DNA from: Candidatus Poribacteria bacterium
GTDB taxonomy: Bacteria; Poribacteria; WGA-4E; WGA-3G
Assembly: GCA_963663765.2 (NCBI GenBank)
Contig: CAXXUA010000015.1
Coordinates: forward strand, 512,303 to 576,302
Direction: 5' to 3'
DNA: 64,000 bases
The translations under genes were made by a program, and so were the position numbers. Within the stretch, counting starts at the first letter, position 1; the number at the start of each line of letters is the position of its first letter. The notes below the pieces were generated by a model that worked only from the letters and a program-made list of their open reading frames with translations, was not told the DNA's origin and ran no database searches. This document shows positions 9,024-19,881 of this stretch, piece after piece.

Positions 9024-9670
9024 CTAGTGTTTAGTCAACATACTATTGTAGGTCACGATTCGGAGATCGCTCCTACAGAAATCTTGTGTATTGTGTGTAT
9101 TGTAGGAGGGAACTCCGATTCCCGACTTCTTTTTAGACCCATCAATAAACACGTGACTAAGCACTAGTGTTTAGTCAACATACTATTGTAGGTTGAGATT
9201 CGGAGATCGCTCCTACAGAAGTCTTGTGTATTGTGTGTATTGTAGGAGGGAACTCCGATTCCCGACTTCTTTTTAGACCCATCAATAAACACGTGACTAA
9301 GCACTAGTGTTTAGTCAACATACTATTGTAGGTTGAGATTCGGAGATCGCTCCTACAGAAGTCTTGTGTATTGTGTGTATTGTAGGAGGGAACTCCGATT
9401 CCCGACTATCAAGGCGTTCAGTCGAGATTCGGAGATTGCTCCTACAGAAGTCTGGTGTATTGTGTATTGTGTGTATTGTAGGAGGGAACTCCGATTCCCG
9501 ACTACTTTTTAGACCCATCAATAAACACTTGACTAAGTGGTTCACTCTTTAAGTATTTACGATATATCTTCAATTGATGATCTACTGCTTAAACAGATGA
9601 CTACTGGGTTCTTCAGCATTGAACTTTTATTTTATGCTAAAATTAATTGCCGAAAGAACCACTAAGCACT
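9024..9670. repeat. Tandem 140-bp CTAG-bounded MITE units carrying REP-like hairpins, with a nested GTGGTTC...GAACCAC MITE at about 9537-9662
   Basis: CTAGTGTTTAGTCA...TGACTAAGCACTAG units start at 9024, 9164 and 9304; the nested element recurs inverted at about 56036-56160. Confidence 0.8.
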
Positions 9671-10519
9671 AATATATACGAGTTGTGCTAAATGACTTTA
9701 TGTAAACCATTGTTTCACATAAGCATAACGTTTTGCAGGTGTCCCTAATTGCAGGTGTCCCTAATAGGTTGAAACGATCTTCAGTCCTGTAGGGACTAAA
9801 TGTTTATATATCATACCCAATATATGTAAATTTAGTATAAACATTTAGTTAACTGGCACAAATCAGGATATTGCTCAATTTACGTTAAATTACTAATTGG
9901 TAAAATTGGTAATTTTTTCTTCGGAAAAACCCAGTCATAGACAAGAGTCGTGTACAGAAAAAATTACCAATTGCCTGAAAGTAGCGACTTGTACTAAATA
10001 ACTATTTATTAAACATTACTTCACATAGACAAGAGGATTTAACCGTCCTTCTTTTGCTTTGGATGATCTTTAGTCCCGTAGGGACGAAATGTTATATACC
10101 ATACCCAATATATGTGAATTTAGTATAAACATTTAGTTAACTGGCACAAGTCGTTAAATTAGGTAATTCTATCTAACTCACCTTGGTAGGCGGGGAATGC
10201 ATACCGTGTGAGAAATATTTATTACCGATTTAATATTTAATAATTTAATCTTCATTTAAGCGCGCTGGAAACCTAAAATATGCTGATAATTACATCATTT
10301 TTAACATACTTCTTGATTAAATCAAGAAAACTACGTAAGTCCCGTATTCATAAAGTACAAGACGCGAAATGACAGAATTGAGAAAATTACATTCCATTAC
10401 CATATTGAGTATGATATAATAACACAAGTTGCTAACTACAAAGTCTTAACTTGGAAACACTATCTATAATCAAATAAAGCTGATAATTAGCTTATATATT
10501 GTAGGGCAAACTTAGGTTA

Positions 10520-11669
10520 TAATACCATTTCCAATAGATTTATTCTCATTATTATTGTATAATATTTGACAAATTTTATTTAGAGAAAGGTAGTTTTCTA
10601 TGAACAAAAAAGTTCCTGATATTACAGAAAGTGTTAAAGAACTAAAATCCCTCATGAGCACCGCTAAGGATACGACTGAAAAAGACAAAATTCGTATGCT
10701 CTATCTACTAAAAAGCGGTGAAGCGAAAAATCGTATAGGTGTAGCCGCTTTGCTCGGTATGTGCCGAGAAACGATTGGCCAATGGTTATCCAAGTATGAA
10801 GCAAGGGGACTTGAGCAGTTGTTAGAACGCCGTTATGCTCCGGGACGCAAACCCTTTATGACACCCGATCAACTTGAGACACTCCGAGAAAAATTGAACG
10901 AACCAGAAGGTTTTAGCAGTTATGTTGAGATCCACCGATATGTCATTGAGACGTTTGGAGTTGAGATAAGTTATCAGGCGATTTATGCACTGGTGCATGA
11001 TAGATGGCATGCGAAACTCAAAGTGCCACGCAAAAGTCATATAAAAAAAACGCCGATGCAGCAGATGAGTTCGTAAAGAACTTTTCATCAGAAGTATTCT
11101 CTGCTATTTCAGAAAAGCGTTCCACTGGTCAGCGTGTTCGCCTTTTCTGTGAAGATGAAACCAGATATGGCACTTTATCGGACACTCATAGACGGATTAC
11201 CGCACGGGGTGTCAAACCTGTTGCCAAAATAGATTATACTTATGAGGCAGTTTATCTATATGGAGCTGTTGAACCCCTTACGGGCAAAGGGTGTTTTCTT
11301 GAACTCCCTTATCTGAATGCAGCCTGTTTCCAGATCTTTATAGACCATCTCAGTGAGACTTTTCCCGATACCCTAAATGTGGTGATCCTTGATAATGGTC
11401 GGTTCCATCACGCAAAAGCGTTGAAAGTGCCTGAAAACGTTGTCCTACACTTTCTACCTCCTTATTGTCCGGAATTGAACCCGATTGAGCGTCTGTGGCA
11501 AGATATCAAAGCAAAGTTATTTAGCAAAACATATCAAACCTTGAAACACATGCAAGAAAGCATCACACACATACTATCTGATTATTCTAACGATGTCATC
11601 GCAAAAATCACAGGGTTCTCGTATTTTATAAAAACTGCTAATGAGATATAATCAATTAGAATTGGTATA
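10520..11669 (+). mobile_element. IS630-family insertion sequence
   Basis: Ends TA-ATACCATTTCCAAT ... ATTAGAATTGGTA-TA; HTH ORF plus DDE ORF. Confidence 0.92.
10600..11651 (+). CDS. IS630 transposase (two ORFs joined by a probable -1 frameshift at A8, 11043-11050)
   Basis: orfA HTH ending KVPRKSH; orfB with FCEDE, ILDNG and LPPYCPELNPIERLW motifs. Confidence 0.9.
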
Positions 11670-11677
11670 ACATTACT

Positions 11678-12295
11678 ATGAGTATGTTTCGTGAACACTG
11701 GATTGGTGGTTTGACCGCTTACAGTGCTTTCTTTATTATATCGCTTATAGTAACAATTGCCATTTCTGTTGTTTACAGTAAACCGTTTGATTGGAATCCA
11801 ACGATTTCATTGGAACCCCTTCAAGTCCTTGGATGCTTCATTGTTTCGTTGCTATTTGGCTTATGGCCGGATGTAGATATAAAAAGCAAAAGCCAAAAGA
11901 TATTTTATACTGTCCTATTTGTCTTAAATGCGTTGCTTATTGTTGTTTTTCAAATGTACTTATTAGCATCAATTATAGGTTGCTTAGCCATGCTTCCTAT
12001 TTTAAGTAAGCATCGTGGTTGGACTCATTCAAAAATTACAATGTTCCTGCTCCCAAGTCTTTTTCTTGTGATTCCAATATATGTGAATTATCCTGATTGG
12101 GGTGAAAGATGGGAAACATTACCAGATTTATATGAATCTTTACTGACATGGGAGCACCTTCCTAATAGACTTCGCATTGGTTTTCCGTATTATCTTGCTG
12201 GTCTGATTGGTTATGCGTCACATCTCTATCTTGATGGCATCTTGTTCCGTTCACGTAAAGCCCAACAGCGGAAAGTACGGTCGAACAGGTCATAG
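11678..12295 (+). CDS. Membrane-bound metal-dependent hydrolase (YdjM/DUF457-like)
   Basis: FREH, WPDVD, HRGWTHS and SHLYLD motifs; several TM segments. Confidence 0.8.
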   Translation: MSMFREHWIGGLTAYSAFFIISLIVTIAISVVYSKPFDWNPTISLEPLQVLGCFIVSLLFGLWPDVDIKSKSQKIFYTVLFVLNALLIVVFQMYLLASIIGCLAMLPILSKHRGWTHSKITMFLLPSLFLVIPIYVNYPDWGERWETLPDLYESLLTWEHLPNRLRIGFPYYLAGLIGYASHLYLDGILFRSRKAQQRKVRSNRS

Positions 12296-12355
12296 CACCC
12301 ACTACCTAAAGGTAGGGGCTTGTGCTTCGTAGCAGTTAGCCTTATTTCTAAGGTC

Positions 12356-13477
12356 TTACATCTGCTCCACAACGGGATCATAAGCAGCCCGCAAGATATT
12401 GATAGCAGCGTTTATGTCTCTATCGTGTTCAGCATTGCAGTTTTGACATATCCACTGTCTATCATTGAGACAAAGGTTTTTATTAGAGTGTCCGCAGGTG
12501 CTACATGTTTTTGTTGTAGGTGTCCATTGCCGGACTTGAAGGAAAGTTTTAGTATGTTTGAAACACTTGAATTCCAACACTTGAATAAACTGATAAAACG
12601 CAAGGTCACTAATTTTTCGTCCCCAGAGTCGCTTCATACCATCAAGGTTCAACGTTTCAGTGACGATAGTATCAAAACGTCTGCAAAGGTCTGTAGCGAT
12701 TTTCCATTGCCAATCAAGCCGTTGGTTATTGATTTTGATGTGGAGCCTTGCGAGTATTCTGATAGCACGATACCAGTTATTAGAACCTTTGATTTTACGG
12801 CTCACGGCTTTATTCAGTTTGCGGAGGTGTTTCAAGGATTTTCTCAAGAATTCAGGTGCGGTTATTTTTTCACCATTACTCAAAGTCAAAAATGTTTTCA
12901 GTCCGAAGTCTATACCCACGCTCTCACCTGTTTGTTGCATAGGTTCGGTAGAAGTATCATCTGTGACGATATAAAGCCAGTATTCACCAGCACTATCACG
13001 GAGTATCTGGATATAGCGGACATTTCCGTGCCAGTGTCGGTGTTGGTAAAAAGAAAACCTGCGTTTGTCAAACTTCAGAGATTGTGTGGGTTCGTCCCAC
13101 GATTTAAAGGAGATACGCACACGTCCATTTTCAAGTTTATAGCCTGTTTGGAATTTGGCAGAACGATAACGATGTTTGCGCTTGAATTTAGGAAGTCCGC
13201 CTTGACACGCAAAGAAACGTTGGTATGCGTCATGGATACGGATAATCGCAGCATCCAAAGTGTCACGTGGTATCCATGCCCAGTGTTTTTTAGTCCGTTT
13301 CAACAACTTGGTAAGATGCGGTTGGAGTCTATACCTGCCAGCATATTTACCATATCTGCGGTAATAACGTTTTTCCAAACGAAGAAAGTGGTTGTGGACA
13401 TCAGCGAGATCGTCAAGCAGGTTGCCCAAGCGTTTGTTTTTAGAATGGTTGCGTATCTTATATTTATAGGTTCGCAT
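12356..13477 (-). CDS. tnpB: RNA-guided endonuclease TnpB
   Basis: RuvC GIDFGL / IVTETL / DRDINAA intact; zinc finger CSTCG..CQNC. Confidence 0.95.
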   Translation of the reverse strand: MRTYKYKIRNHSKNKRLGNLLDDLADVHNHFLRLEKRYYRRYGKYAGRYRLQPHLTKLLKRTKKHWAWIPRDTLDAAIIRIHDAYQRFFACQGGLPKFKRKHRYRSAKFQTGYKLENGRVRISFKSWDEPTQSLKFDKRRFSFYQHRHWHGNVRYIQILRDSAGEYWLYIVTDDTSTEPMQQTGESVGIDFGLKTFLTLSNGEKITAPEFLRKSLKHLRKLNKAVSRKIKGSNNWYRAIRILARLHIKINNQRLDWQWKIATDLCRRFDTIVTETLNLDGMKRLWGRKISDLAFYQFIQVLEFKCFKHTKTFLQVRQWTPTTKTCSTCGHSNKNLCLNDRQWICQNCNAEHDRDINAAINILRAAYDPVVEQM

Positions 13478-13618
13478 AGTTTACTCCAGCATAGTTCCCA
13501 ATACGATTTGGTTGTGGTAGAGACCACGTCAGGAGACGTGGATCGTATTCTCTACCACCTATGCTGATAGTAGTTTAAGATATTGACATATATTTGTCAA
13601 GAAAAAAGAGCGGGCAGG

Positions 13619-14933
13619 CAGGGTTATTTAGTTTTAGGAGTTTTGGTTGTTTTTTATCACAATCGTTAATATTTTTGGATATGCAGATATAGCGTGATTT
13701 ATCGCGCTATATCTGCTATACTTCACCTAAAAAATCTTACCTTTGAGGTGAAAAATGCCAGAGAAAAACTCTCGACACTTGTTAGATAGATTAGCAGAAA
13801 TCCAAGACCCGCGCAACAATAAAGGAAAACGACACCCATTGAAATCAATCATCGGACTTAACATTATTGGTTTTATGACTGGACATAAAGGATATACATC
13901 CATCGCAACTTGGGCCCGAACCCAACCAGACCTCGCAAGAACACTCGGTTTTACACATAAGAAAACACCTTGTCCCGCAACAATACATAATGTTCTAAAA
14001 GATTTAGATGCTGATGCTGTTGAAAAGACATTTACAGACTGGGTAGAAGACGTTTGTCAAAGTCGACCTGATTTAGAAGGTTGTCTTGACGCAGTCGCTA
14101 TAGACGGTAAAACGATGCGTGCCAGTAAGAAAAGTGGTGCGACAATAAGCCATTTACTCTCTGTTGTGTCTCATGAGTTAGGCGTCACACTTACACAAAA
14201 AGGTGTCAGTGATAAAACCAACGAAATACCGATCTCAACAGAGATCCTCAAAAACTTTGATGTGAGTGGTAAAGTCATCACAACAGACGCACTTTTGACA
14301 CAGCGACCATTCTGCCACGCCATCATAGAGGGTAATGGAGACTATGTGCTCCCTGTCAAAAAGAACCAACCGGACCTTTACGATGAGATCCAAAAACTCT
14401 TTCAAGACGTTCCAGACACGCTTTCTGATAACACACCACATCCTAAATTGGGAGCCCCTATTTACACTCACGAGACTTCTGAAAAATCACATGGTAGAAT
14501 AGAGACAAGGTGTTTGAAAGCAAGCACAAGTCTCAACGCATATCTGGATTGGCCAGGTATAGCACAAGTGTTCCAATATCGTTATACTTACAAAAATACG
14601 AAAACAGGAGAAGAAAAAACCAAAATCCATTATGGTATTACAAGTCTGACACCCGAAGAAACTTCTGCCCAACGTTTACTTGAGCTACGCCGTGGGCATT
14701 GGTCAATAGAGAACAAGTCGCATTGGATGCGTGATACACAACTTGGAGAAGACGCATCGTCTGTCCGATGCGGTGCTATTCCACAAATCATGGCTGCTTT
14801 GCGAAATACAGCATTAGCAGTGTTGCGATTTGCTGGGATAACGCGTATAGCAGATGAGATAAAATACTTAGCTTCAAAACCTAAACTCGCAGTTAACTTG
14901 ATAACTGAGAGTTTTTAAAACTAAATAACCCTG
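13619..14933 (+). mobile_element. ISAs1-family insertion sequence
   Basis: Perfect 18-bp TIR CAGGGTTATTTAGTTTTA; 9-bp TSD GCGGGCAGG at 13610-13618 and 14934-14942. Confidence 0.95.
13755..14918 (+). CDS. ISAs1 transposase
   Basis: DPR..GKRH, AIDGKT, KTNEI, TTDALLTQ, VKKNQP, HGRIETR and RGHWSIEN motifs. Confidence 0.95.
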   Translation: MPEKNSRHLLDRLAEIQDPRNNKGKRHPLKSIIGLNIIGFMTGHKGYTSIATWARTQPDLARTLGFTHKKTPCPATIHNVLKDLDADAVEKTFTDWVEDVCQSRPDLEGCLDAVAIDGKTMRASKKSGATISHLLSVVSHELGVTLTQKGVSDKTNEIPISTEILKNFDVSGKVITTDALLTQRPFCHAIIEGNGDYVLPVKKNQPDLYDEIQKLFQDVPDTLSDNTPHPKLGAPIYTHETSEKSHGRIETRCLKASTSLNAYLDWPGIAQVFQYRYTYKNTKTGEEKTKIHYGITSLTPEETSAQRLLELRRGHWSIENKSHWMRDTQLGEDASSVRCGAIPQIMAALRNTALAVLRFAGITRIADEIKYLASKPKLAVNLITESF

Positions 14934-14983
14934 GCGGGCAGGAGACCCAAACCTAAAGGATTGGGTCTCCTGCCCGAAGATTG

Positions 14984-16294
14984 ATGAAATTAGTTAAACA
15001 TAATATACAACGTTTGCGAAACAATTCCTTAATAAAGACTCTCTACACTTTCGTTAAAGAACATAATATTGAACTCTACATTGTAGGTGGTAGTGTTAGG
15101 GATTTACTGCTTAATCGTTTTATAACAGATTATGATTTCACATTGGAATCTAATGTTTTTCAGTATGCAAAGATGTTTGCTGATAGCATACATGCCCCCA
15201 TCGTTCCACTTGAAGAAAATCCTCCCACAGTCAGGATAATTATAAGAAGTACAAGTTCTATTACTCCTGATTTCTACATTGATTTTGCACAATATCGCGC
15301 AGCATCACTTATAAAAGACTTACAACTACGCGATTTAACAATAAATGCAATTGCGATTCCATTTGTTTCGTTTATGGAATCAAACAATTATGAGATAATA
15401 GATCCATGTAATGGATTAAAAGACTTGGAAATGCGTCTACTCCGTTTTCCAAGTGAACAGGTTATCCTTGATGATCCACTGCGATTGATGAGAATATATC
15501 GTTTCGCTGCACAGTTAGACTTTCAATTCTCTGAAGAATCTGAAACGTTAGTTGAACAGCACAAACGACTTCTTTCAGAAACTTCAATAGAAAGAGTTCG
15601 TGATGAACTACTAAAAGTATTCAACGTTGAGAATGCCCAAAAATATTTACAGCAGATGTATGATATTGGGTTGCTATCAATTGTCTTTCCACAGTTGGAG
15701 CAAAGAAGAATGAATTGGGATCCGTTAATATACTATGAGGAAGAACTAATACCAAATCAAATACCTGATTATGACTTTGATATGCAAATCTATCTGCATG
15801 ACGAATTAGGTATATACACTTCTCGCTACTGTTTGTTAAAACTTTGTCTAATTCTTACTGAGGATTTCGGTGACGTTGGCAATAAGTTACGACTCAGTAA
15901 GAAATCAGTTAAGTTTATAAAATCTCTATTTGCAGGAATCAAACATATTTCAGATAGAAGCATGACAAGAAAAGACATAATTGACTTTTTGAGAATTGCA
16001 TCAACAGATTGGTGGGGTGTCATATTATATTCAATAGCTAATCAGTCTATATCTCATGAGACAATAGAGAAAATATCAGATATTTATTTTGACCATTTCC
16101 TTCCAATTGTTGAACAAGGTCGACTGATTACTGGAGAGGATTTGATAAAGAGATTTAACTTGAATGAAGGCAAGGAAATTGGTGAACTATTGAAACAGAT
16201 TGAGGATATGCAGTTTTATGGTGAAATTAGGTCACGAGAAGATGCTCTTGCTACTGTAGAAGTATTAATTCATGAACGAGATTTTGCAATTTAA
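14984..16294 (+). CDS. CCA-adding tRNA nucleotidyltransferase / poly(A) polymerase family
   Basis: YIVGGSVRDLLL..DYDF, DLQLRDLTINA, DDPLRLMR and ERVRDEL motifs. Confidence 0.9.
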   Translation: MKLVKHNIQRLRNNSLIKTLYTFVKEHNIELYIVGGSVRDLLLNRFITDYDFTLESNVFQYAKMFADSIHAPIVPLEENPPTVRIIIRSTSSITPDFYIDFAQYRAASLIKDLQLRDLTINAIAIPFVSFMESNNYEIIDPCNGLKDLEMRLLRFPSEQVILDDPLRLMRIYRFAAQLDFQFSEESETLVEQHKRLLSETSIERVRDELLKVFNVENAQKYLQQMYDIGLLSIVFPQLEQRRMNWDPLIYYEEELIPNQIPDYDFDMQIYLHDELGIYTSRYCLLKLCLILTEDFGDVGNKLRLSKKSVKFIKSLFAGIKHISDRSMTRKDIIDFLRIASTDWWGVILYSIANQSISHETIEKISDIYFDHFLPIVEQGRLITGEDLIKRFNLNEGKEIGELLKQIEDMQFYGEIRSREDALATVEVLIHERDFAI

Positions 16295-16974
16295 TCAATT
16301 TCATGTTTAGGTAATAACTTTGGGATTAGAGAAACCAGTACAATGAGTACTCCTGCAGCTGAAAGATATAATATCGTCTTTGACAAATCACCTTCGCCAC
16401 TAACAATTGCGCCGCCGATTTGCACATAGGCTATCGTTCCCGGTAACATAAAAATCGCAGAAACAAGTACATAAGTGAGAAACTTAATTTTTGTCAGTCC
16501 ATAAGCATAGTTTTGCAGATTAAATGGGAAAATAGGAACTAACCGCGTGAACATAAGTATACGCCATCCTTCCTGTTCAACCTTCTCATCAATCCTTTTA
16601 AATAGACTAAAACCTGAAACCCACCGCTCAACGATATCGCGGGCAATGTAACGTGCCACAAGGAAAGCCAACGAAACGCCAATCGTCGCACCAATCCAAA
16701 CATAAACGACACCAAGAATTGGACCGAAAGCAACACCAGAGATTACAGTTACAGGTAATCCTGGCAAAAAGAACAGTGTCGCGACAATGTAAAGACCGAT
16801 ATACACTATCGGTGCGACAATCCCGAAGCCTGAAACCCAATCTTTGATTTTGTGTACGTTCTCAAGTTTAATGTACTGTGTAACACCGTAATGTCGTAAT
16901 AGCAGATAGATCGCAACTAGTACACAGATTACAATAGAAAACTTAATCAGTTTGCTTTTCATTGATGTTGACAA
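16291..16974 (-). CDS. TVP38/TMEM64 (VTT/DedA) membrane protein
   Basis: FLPG..G.AFG, RLVPIFPFNLQNYAYGLT; start may be 16962. Confidence 0.9.
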   Translation of the reverse strand: MSTSMKSKLIKFSIVICVLVAIYLLLRHYGVTQYIKLENVHKIKDWVSGFGIVAPIVYIGLYIVATLFFLPGLPVTVISGVAFGPILGVVYVWIGATIGVSLAFLVARYIARDIVERWVSGFSLFKRIDEKVEQEGWRILMFTRLVPIFPFNLQNYAYGLTKIKFLTYVLVSAIFMLPGTIAYVQIGGAIVSGEGDLSKTILYLSAAGVLIVLVSLIPKLLPKHEID

Positions 16975-18421
16975 TTGCCTTCAAATAGGCTTTTATTCTG
17001 TTGCGGTATCGTGCTGGAATTCTATTATTCTCTATTGCATTTTCATAGTCTTGCTGTGTTGCCAGAACAACCTTACTAAATGGTAGATAGTTCGGTTCGT
17101 TAGCATCGTTATTTACCCTTCCAGTGAATACCCGTGTAATGATTTCAGAGTCAGATTCATTTTCTGTTATTATTTCTAAAGCATTCCCATCGTTATTTAA
17201 TCGGGGCACATTACCATCTGTAAGAGGTTTTAACGGATTGTTTTCGTTTTCAGTTGACGTGATACCATTTGATGTAGGTGTAAAATCGGAGTTTGTGTTT
17301 GTTTCTTGTGAACCTTGAACTTCTGTATTTCCAGTTTCTTGTCCGTGCGAGCCGTCACTGTGTGCCATTCCTCCAGAGTGATGATTAGTTTTAATGCTTG
17401 CTAATGCAATTTGTTTTCGGTTTTCTACAAGCATGTCTTCAAGTTGGTTCAGTCTATTTGCATGTTTTAAAGCATTTGCAATTTCCAGTAACACGTCTGA
17501 AGGTACTGTTGTTCCTTGGATCTGATCTAATTTCTGTTTTAATTCGCTATTGGGATCATTTTCAGAAAGTCTTGAAAAGAGTTTTTGTAGCTCTGACAGA
17601 AGTTCGGGGGTAAGTTGCTTTTGTGCAGCTAATCTTTCAAATTCCTCTGCAAGTGCGGTGGTATCCATGTTCTTGAAGTGTTGAGTTGTTTTTACTGCCG
17701 CAGTAATTGCTGACACATCTGGATATTCTGATTTCTGTTTTTGGATTTCTCTATTTAATTCACTGAGTGACTCTTGGACGTTTGTAATAAAATTGGTGTT
17801 TTTCAGTTGATTGACGGTCTTTGTAATCTCATTTTGAATATGTGTATTCTTAATACTATGACTTTCGTTGATTAGTTTTGCAATTGTCTGGTTTATTGCA
17901 TCACGTTCTGAAACTGCTATTGGTTCAGGGAGTTCATATTGTTGGGGTATCGCAAAAGATAGTCCAATGAGTAGCAGCGGAATTGGAAGCCATTTTACGA
18001 ATTTTGGTGGCGTAAAACGCATGAACTCACTTACACCTAAGTTCTCTATTCTTGATGTGGAATCACACATTTGAAGATATGCTATTTCATCGGTTTTATT
18101 ATTCTTAATGGATTCCAAGGATGTTATAACTCTACCCTTGAGACGCATGTTTGTATCAATAGAATTAGCAATCTCAGATGACGTTTTACGTTGAATCATA
18201 CCCATTAAGAAACCAAAACCTACTGCACCTAAAATAAGAAAGAGAGAGAGTATCAAAGTTGAAAATGGAAGAATAAAAAAGCGAGTTCCTATATAAAACA
18301 TGGCAAGTAAGCACATTGCGATAAAGAGTAGTCTTATCACTTGCTGATAGACTGTATGTCTAAACGCACGATTTTGACATGATTTTATGTAATTTAGGAT
18401 GGAGCGTTGTTGGGATTCCAT
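16943..18421 (-). CDS. Membrane-anchored coiled-coil hypothetical protein
   Basis: Three N-terminal hydrophobic segments, helical middle, C-terminal IPARYRNRIKAY motif. Confidence 0.7.
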   Translation of the reverse strand: MESQQRSILNYIKSCQNRAFRHTVYQQVIRLLFIAMCLLAMFYIGTRFFILPFSTLILSLFLILGAVGFGFLMGMIQRKTSSEIANSIDTNMRLKGRVITSLESIKNNKTDEIAYLQMCDSTSRIENLGVSEFMRFTPPKFVKWLPIPLLLIGLSFAIPQQYELPEPIAVSERDAINQTIAKLINESHSIKNTHIQNEITKTVNQLKNTNFITNVQESLSELNREIQKQKSEYPDVSAITAAVKTTQHFKNMDTTALAEEFERLAAQKQLTPELLSELQKLFSRLSENDPNSELKQKLDQIQGTTVPSDVLLEIANALKHANRLNQLEDMLVENRKQIALASIKTNHHSGGMAHSDGSHGQETGNTEVQGSQETNTNSDFTPTSNGITSTENENNPLKPLTDGNVPRLNNDGNALEIITENESDSEIITRVFTGRVNNDANEPNYLPFSKVVLATQQDYENAIENNRIPARYRNRIKAYLKAIVNINEKQTD

Positions 18422-18490
18422 TTTATTCTTGTCCTATGCATTGGAAGAAACTACATCTGGATAATACTAATGCTTCTTTGAATAATGTAC

Positions 18491-18931
18491 TAATACCAAT
18501 TCTAATAAATCTTGTCTCATTAAGGAATTCTACTGTTTACTGGCAGGGGGTTACTCTCTTCGGTAGGAGGGACCTCCCGGTCGCGACCGTGATGTCGCTC
18601 CTACCAGATTTCCGCTGCTAATGAGACATTATTATACCAATTCTAATAAATCTTGTCTCATTAAGGAATTCTACTGTTTACTGGCAGGGGGTTACTCTCT
18701 TCGGTAGGAGGGACCTCCCGGTCGCGACCGTGAGGTTGCTCCTACCAGATTTCCGCTGCTAATGAGACATTATTATACCAATTCTAATAAATCTTGTCTC
18801 ATTAAGGAATTCTACTGTTTACTGGCAGGGGGTTACTCTCTTCGGTAGGAGGGACCTCCCGGTCGCGACCGTGAGGTTGCTCCTACCAGATTTCCGCTGC
18901 TAATGAGACATTATCACATGAAAATGGTATA
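18491..18931. repeat. Three tandem 141-bp units of an IS630-ended MITE carrying a REP doublet
   Basis: ATACCAATTCTAAT at 18493, 18634 and 18775; closes AAATGGTATA; internal GTAGGAG..CTCCTAC. Confidence 0.9.
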
Positions 18932-18935
18932 ACAA

Positions 18936-19727
18936 TTGCATATTTCCTTAAGTAACGGTATAATAGCGCAAAAAGATAAGGGTGTCAAGTTGAAATCATA
19001 TTTACAAGAAATAAAAACAAAATATCTACAAGGTTGGGAACGGCAAACGACGGTCATATTACTTGCATCTGGTGTGATTTTAACAACGCATAGAAAATTT
19101 AGTCGTACCGGTTTTTATCGCGCACATTTAGCTGAGTATTTTGAGTATTTACCATTGGCTGCAAGCCTTCCTTACTATTACTGGTTTCTGTCAACAGCAG
19201 TGACTTTATTAGTGATTCCAATCATCATTGCAGTTGTTGGATCGAATCAGAGACTGCGTGATTATGGAATGAGATTAGGTAGACAGAAACTGGGTTGGTT
19301 GATTACGGCGGCAGCTTGGATATTGATGATCCCTATAGTATTTATTGCAATAAAACTTCACGAACCTTTCTTATATAAATATCCGTTCAGTAAGGTTGTT
19401 GCGAAGAGTTGGGTTACATTTGTTCCATATCAACTTGCTTATGGTGTCTATATGTTCTCATGGGAGTTTTTCTTCCGAGGATTTATGTTGTTCGGTTTAG
19501 AAAAACGATTTGGGAACTATAGTATCTTGATTCAGACGATTCCGTTTGCGGTCATGCACTTTTCTAAGCCGTTACCAGAAGCACTTGGTTCAGTCATTGC
19601 GGGTATATTGTTGGGTGTACTTGCACTTGAAACTCGATCATTTGTGTATGGTGCTGCAATTCATTGGTTGGTTGCAATGACGATGGATACGTTATGTGTT
19701 CTTTTACGTAGTTCAGTGTTGGTATAG
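18936..19727 (+). CDS. CPBP (CAAX/Abi) intramembrane metalloprotease
   Basis: WEFFFRG, FAVMH and AAIHW motifs; multiple TM segments; start uncertain. Confidence 0.85.
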   Translation: MHISLSNGIIAQKDKGVKLKSYLQEIKTKYLQGWERQTTVILLASGVILTTHRKFSRTGFYRAHLAEYFEYLPLAASLPYYYWFLSTAVTLLVIPIIIAVVGSNQRLRDYGMRLGRQKLGWLITAAAWILMIPIVFIAIKLHEPFLYKYPFSKVVAKSWVTFVPYQLAYGVYMFSWEFFFRGFMLFGLEKRFGNYSILIQTIPFAVMHFSKPLPEALGSVIAGILLGVLALETRSFVYGAAIHWLVAMTMDTLCVLLRSSVLV

Positions 19728-19881
19728 TGATGTAAAGATGCATAGGCGTCAATTTAAGAACAGGACTTACGCACCCAACGGTACGCGGGGAATACCTAAA
19801 TAAGCATGCGCGTATGGCATGCTCCATGATTCATACCCGAAGAATACCATAAGGTATTCATACCGATGATTACTTGATTTT

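Larger units (their letters stand above)
12289..14983 (-). mobile_element. TnpB-only IS200/IS605-family element (IS1341-like) containing a nested ISAs1
   Basis: Right-end hairpin at 12294-12322 ending TGAC; left-end hairpin CGGGCAGGAGACCCAA..TTGGGTCTCCTGCCCG; empty site restores an ATGA gene overlap. Confidence 0.85.

Noticed and set aside
9024-9545. 140-bp repeats as CRISPR, and ORFs 9315..9545 / 9364..9552 as genes
   Set aside because: Whole units are duplicated with TIR-like ends; the ORFs are translations of repeat DNA
12320-13567. 415-aa plus-strand ORF
   Set aside because: Antisense shadow of tnpB with no recognisable motifs
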